Both the position numbers and the translations under genes were made by a program. DNA of 61,697 nt, counting the filler, from Platydemus manokwari (Eukaryota), in NCBI GenBank assembly GCA_037951405.1. It is 5 parts of 5 records of this genome, joined end to end, with 100 filler letters (N's around TTAATTAATTAA, not from the genome) between each part and the next. Parts side by side here need not be neighbours in the genome. Positions count along the whole stretch, not along the records: positions 53,027 to 61,697 come from JBBMOY011345983.1; 4 more parts are not named here. One strand, written 5' to 3'. Of this stretch, positions 55,964 through 61,697 are shown one piece after another (within the stretch, counting starts at the first letter, position 1; every line of letters begins with the position of its first letter). Under the pieces are notes generated by a model. That model saw nothing but the letters and a program-made list of their open reading frames with translations, was not told where the DNA came from and ran no database searches.

Positions 55964-55995
<32 letters not shown>

Positions 55996-56001
55996 GTATA
56001 T
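55950..56001. repeat. Compound (CA)n(TA)n microsatellite
   Basis: Direct reading. Confidence 0.9.
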
Positions 56002-56104
56002 AAAACACCAAACTAATCCGAGATTCTGATATTATTAGAGAAAAGATTTTCCATTCTTTAAATTAGCTATAACAATTTCAATACTCATCAATTAATGAAG
56101 ATGC

Positions 56105-56164
<60 letters not shown>
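56105..56164. repeat. (TTA)n microsatellite
   Basis: Direct reading. Confidence 0.95.
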
Positions 56165-59100
56165 CTCAACATGGATTATTTTCTCACGAAATTGAATTTG
56201 TTTTTCAACGAAAAAAGAAACTGAACAAGAGAAATAATAGAATGTTTCAATCAAATAACAAAAACAACATTGTGAATACATTTCTTTCAGGTTAATGCAA
56301 GTTGAGATTAGATTATAGTTTAGCAAAAGAATTATTAACGAGTCCATTTTAATAAGTTTCTTTATGAAGTTATAATAACGATAAATTCGTCTCATAGAAT
56401 GAATATCAAGTTCATAGAATCGAGAAATGCTTATCTTCGATTTCCATAAATCCTATCAATTGATCGAAAATTAAAAAGTAAAAAAAATAATTTGTTTATC
56501 AATTAAACAGCGCTTTTTGTATTTCATTAATCCTTTCACACCGAATTTTTCTCGATCAATCCAATAACCAATAAAAGAATAATATGAAATATCAAATGAA
56601 ATTACTTCATGGCACTCCCGAGTACTGTGATTCTATGAAATCTTATTCTGGTTTTTATAGTTAAGATTTAAGTAATTTTTAAGACAAGGGTGACCCATTT
56701 GGAGTTTAAATCCCTTAATTAATGAATCTATTGGAATTAATAAATAAATACCGTCTATACAATGGATAATATGAAAAATTTTTTTAAAATCAATCAATAA
56801 AAATTCCAGTGACAATATCTCTAAAATTTATCACTTGAAATCTAACAATTCCACAAGAAAATTCATTATAACCGATAAATCCAATCAAATGGGAACCATT
56901 GGTTATTTGCTAGAACGGGGCTAAATTTATCATTCGTTATGTAAATTTTTATGGTAAATTAATTCGGCATTTAACACAATGAACGGAAGAATGATAACAA
57001 ATACATAATAATGAATATTACAGTTGCCTCGAAAAATATCGGTATATGAGAATAAACAATTAGCCAATCCATTTCACTATAACCCGCTCTGGTTGAAAAT
57101 TTCCATATTCTAGTATACGCTATGAATCAAACCTTATTTATTCACATATTTCTCCATCAACTGGTATAGTATTGATGGTGAAATATTGAATGAAATACTT
57201 TTCTAACAACTTACCAAAAATAATATATTTATAACTTCATAATAATAATCATTTATCATGATATGAATATAATAATATATCACAGGAAATTGATAGTGAA
57301 CGTCAAGTTCTATCATTGCTATACTCCTCAACATATCAATTTATTATTCAATCCAACGTATTTAAATCAATATGATAGATTTGAATACGTCTGTCGGATA
57401 CAAAAATAATATCCATTCTACACTTTGGTGGACGTTTAGATTTATGGTTTTTCTTCAAGCAATTTAAATCAACGAAGGTGAAAATTCTCGATTCGTTTCA
57501 AAAAAAAACAAAAACAAAAGTCCAAAATTTGATTAGCTGAAAATTATCTCTTTAGGTTTATAATAACGGTAAAGAATCGCTACACAATTCCAGTATTGCA
57601 AAACAATGATTTAAGAGAAATAATTCTACAAAGCGATTTCTATTATCATAGAAAAATTCCATTCGTATTTCAATGGTGACAGACGAAATTTGTTTTAATC
57701 AACCGAACCAGATTAGAATAAGTTATTTTTAGATGATAAATAAATTGCTCCGAGACTTTCCACGAAAAAACCCAAATGAGGTATATCTGCTAAATTATTT
57801 TAATGGACTATATTTTTGTTATTGTTTTTGGGAAATCAATAATTTTTTCCATAAACAATATCAACAAATTTTACAATGGCATGTATTTCGATTTCATTTC
57901 CTTCCTTCAATATCGATAATGTGAAATGATGATTGAAAAAACGTCATTGAATGCTACTGGAAAAACAACCTTGGAGAAATTGAGAACAGACAGTCTGAAA
58001 GATAGATTTTCAATAGATTTGTTCGAAGTCAGAGAAAGATATTTATAGCAAAAATTTCATCTTTGTCTTGATATAATGTCTGTCTCCAAAAAAAGTAATT
58101 TATCGGGTTTTACTTACATATATATGTAACCAAATTTCGGTGATATCATGCCGTCCTATCAAGGCAAAATAGTAATATTGATCGAGTTTATAATGGAATT
58201 CTCCTAATGAAATTCAAAATACGTTTTATTGAATCTCTTATCAAAATTAGTCGAACTCGAACTATCAATCAATTTTAAGTGTTTTCAGCAAACTGCCATC
58301 AATTTGTTGAACAAAAAGCATTCAGACAAAATAAGATTTAGAATTTCTTCAAGGATTTACAATGAAAACATGACCAACAACTTAGAGTGAATGGATTTCT
58401 GAATAGAATGATATTAATCGACATACAATAGGGTTTAAAGATTTATTTCGAATATCTACCAATAATGATTTAGCAGCGAATAGTTCAGTTTTCTATGAGT
58501 GGCTAATGTTTAAGGAGTCTAAACCATTAAGAATTAACATCGATTTTTCTAAATAAAATTCCAACACAACTTTAACGTCAAAAATATTCTTTCATTCAGC
58601 TAAAAAGTTACTTATTGAAACTACATGATTTTTATGATAACATAAATAATCAAAAAAAGTAAAAAAAATTAACGATAAATTAAAAAAATCTAATATAGAT
58701 GATATAATAATAGTATATTGGAGTATAATATGAATAAATCTAAACAGAACAAATCCAACCCACATGTTGTTGCGCTTCCCTGAATCAATTGTTCAACACG
58801 GCTGTCTCATTCAGTCTAGCGAAGACAAAATTAATAAATTATTTTTATCAATCCAAGTCGACGAATATATATAACAGGTTTCATTCACTATAATGTACTA
58901 CATAATCAGCTCTCTTTGAAACAGTTCTCTCTTTCATAGAAATTGTCAAATAAAATTAAAATAATCCTTACAATTGAAGCGTGAATTATATATAATTTAA
59001 TCGACACATTGAATTCTTATATAATGAAAGATATTATATATATCAAGTAACAACTATAATCAATATAAAAAAAAACCTAATTATGTATTATCGCGTGAGG

Positions 59101-60524
59101 ATTAAAAATCAATCATTTATTTAAATAATCATTTAAAATAGAAAATATATTGATATAAAAATGATAAATAATCGATTTTCTTTATATGAAATATAATTCT
59201 GTGATTCTTAGAATTGTCTATAATTAATATTTTCTAAAACAGTTTGCAGTTACCATAGTGGATACGTATTTTAAATATGAATCTGAAAAAATACCAGAAA
59301 AGATGAGAAGATAGAAGATATGGATAAATAATACTAGAGGATTTAATAGCAAGAGATATGAGGAGAAATGGGCACTTTGACGAAAGGCTAATGTGAGGAT
59401 TTTAAAATATTCATATGAAAAACAAATATATAGATTATCGATTGAATTTGATTGAATATTTGGATTAAATATACTTATTGTGGTTTTAATTTCTTAAATT
59501 TGTTATTCGATGTGTATGAATTAATAACAAGCAGGATGACGATGGTGAGGTATTGGAATTCGATTCGGACAAGTTTACTATCATAAAAGTATAGAAAAGA
59601 TTAAAAAAAATATATAAAGGGAATTCGATAATAAAAATGTATATATTCGATTATATGTGTGTGAGTGGATGTCTTTGAGAGCGAGAGCACGTGAATTAAA
59701 TTAAATCATTAATACTCACAGTTTATATTATTGAAAGCCGTACGATTGAAACAAATAATCGATTGGATTTATTTGAAAATTGTTTTTCAATTTTTGTTCA
59801 AAAAGCGCTCTGAATCTCTAATGTTGCTACATCTATATAGTTTAACTTTTCAGATTATTGATTTATAATTAGTTATAATCAATTTATAATTGATAATAAT
59901 CAATTATTGGTTGCCAGTACCAAACAATGTAATAAAATAATATATAAAATCATTCTCACAAGCATAGTATATAAATTTGTAGATTTCTAGAATTTATTTA
60001 AATGATATTAGCATGATATCACCATGACAACGTTAGAAATCATGATATCTGTTACAAAATACAGAAAGCAATAAGAGAAATATTACAATTTCATGTGAAT
60101 GTATTTCAAATCATTTCATTCGGCAATGTACCCAATGATAAATTGTAATACATTATTATTATCGGGAATGGATCGATATTGTTACGGTTCTGGAATTGAT
60201 GATATCGATCAATAATTGATTATAGATATCAAGCACAACTTAAATAATCAATACAATTTTAATTCAAATATATCAACCAATAGTATATCAAATAATCAAG
60301 TGAAGATTCATGATTTATATTTCAGTTCTTGTTGAATGATACATCATGAACTACTTTCTGGAATAATTTAAAGAATTTTTAATGATTAATACACATTAAT
60401 GAATAATATTTAATTTCGATTTTATAATTTGCCATAAAATTGATTTGAACGAGATGAGACTTGTTATCGATTGAATATTTATCGATGCTCATGTTTACGT
60501 TATTATAATTGTAAGCTGCTACTA

Positions 60525-60975
60525 TTTGATAAAACACGTATTGGTAACGGACAGAAAAGTCACGACACCAAATTATATATTTCAATACAATTATATAAAC
60601 AAATTGATAAAATTTTATATAAAATCTGAATTGAATCTTTATAAATTTTATTCATTTTAAAATGCTCACATTCTCCTTTCTTTAAAATCTTTGATTTCTT
60701 GTGTATTCTTAATTATCATTGTATCGAATACCCCACATATTTTTCTACGTAAAACTCTAATCTGTATACCTTTTTATATGTCCTTACATCTTCTTGATAT
60801 CTTCTCTATATAGGCTCAATATATTCTCCATATTTATTTCAGTCATTGATTTTCACAAAATCGAAACCAGGTGCGTGATCACCATGTAAGCCGTTATTAT
60901 TTTATAAGACACGCATCGAAACGAACTGAAAAGTCACGACACCGTATAAGGTATTGAAATACAATTATATAAACA
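60525..60975 (-). repeat. Second member of the direct-repeat family
   Basis: GAAAAGTCACGACACC...AATACAATTATATAAACAAAT occurs at ~60554 and ~60930, flanking a pyrimidine-rich core. Confidence 0.6.
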
Positions 60976-61626
60976 AATCAATATCATTTTATATAAAATT
61001 AAATATTAAAAAATTTAATTCAATTTGAAAATATTAAAATACTCATTAAATAATAATTTTACAAATTTTGTCCAAAACAGAATTGAAATTCCGTCATAAC
61101 ATAACCAATAGAAACACCATTAGTCAGATAATATAGATTTTTTTGGAAATTTTTCAAATTAGATAATTAAAACAAATAAATTTTAATAGATGAATTCTAT
61201 AAATCAATATTAATCGAGTATTGATTATTTACCAAAAACAAATCGATAAATATCAATTGGTTATTGATTATTACTAATATTGATTGAAACCAATTCCATA
61301 TTGATTATAATCGAACATAAATCAATTAATGCCATTACAACTGATTTATGAATTACAGCATTGGAAATTTACGAAAAAAATAATATTTAAATTGAACCTA
61401 TTTAAAAATATTGTTCGTTTTAAAATAAATGTTTTAGGATGACACTAAGTATTACAGAAAAATTCTTATCCACTCTTAATTTGAAGTTAGGAACTATATA
61501 TATTATTACTATATATATAACTGAAAATGATTTGACAGTAAACCATATTGATGGATTCCTTTAGATCATATTACCGACAACATAAACCACAGACAGACAA
61601 TAACAACAATCAATTTCTATTTCGAG

Positions 61627-61628
<2 letters not shown>

Positions 61629-61665
<37 letters not shown>

Positions 61666-61697
61666 CATAAATATTATTATTATTAGTATCATTATTA
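61629..61697. repeat. (TTA)n microsatellite, interrupted
   Basis: Direct reading. Confidence 0.9.

Noticed and set aside
56078-56395. Poly-Ile/Leu/Val ORFs (also 47165-47434 read-through, 43889-44122, 9637-9858)
   Set aside because: Products of trinucleotide microsatellites or intron read-through, not real hydrophobic proteins.
57940-57980. SLNATGKTTL P-loop-like peptide
   Set aside because: Lacks the first Gly/Ala of Walker A and has no supporting ORF.
1-61697. CRISPR arrays, rRNA, tRNA or prokaryotic Argonaute system
   Set aside because: None seen; spliceosomal introns and Piwi-clade motifs show the DNA is eukaryotic.

Overview
Very AT-rich eukaryotic genomic DNA, most likely a freshwater planarian (Dugesiidae; inferred from the Piwi type, ~41-50 bp introns and base composition). 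It is five contigs joined by artificial 100-bp N/TTAATTAATTAA linkers plus one plain N gap, so adjacency across linkers is not guaranteed. Supported genes: the last four exons of a LYST-type WD40 tail (31805-32662, +); a complete Piwi with an intron-free CDS (33173-35626, -); a second, divergently oriented Piwi paralog cut by a gap (42435-43148, +); and the first five coding exons of a Meis/homothorax TALE gene (47467-43361, -). The rest is microsatellites, MITEs (Merlin-like and hAT, both with 8-bp TSDs), mariner remnants and decayed coding-like DNA. Most notable: a head-to-head Piwi paralog pair, both apparently under purifying selection, with a twin palindrome and a decayed gene between them, and a candidate autoregulatory TGACAG cluster upstream of Meis.
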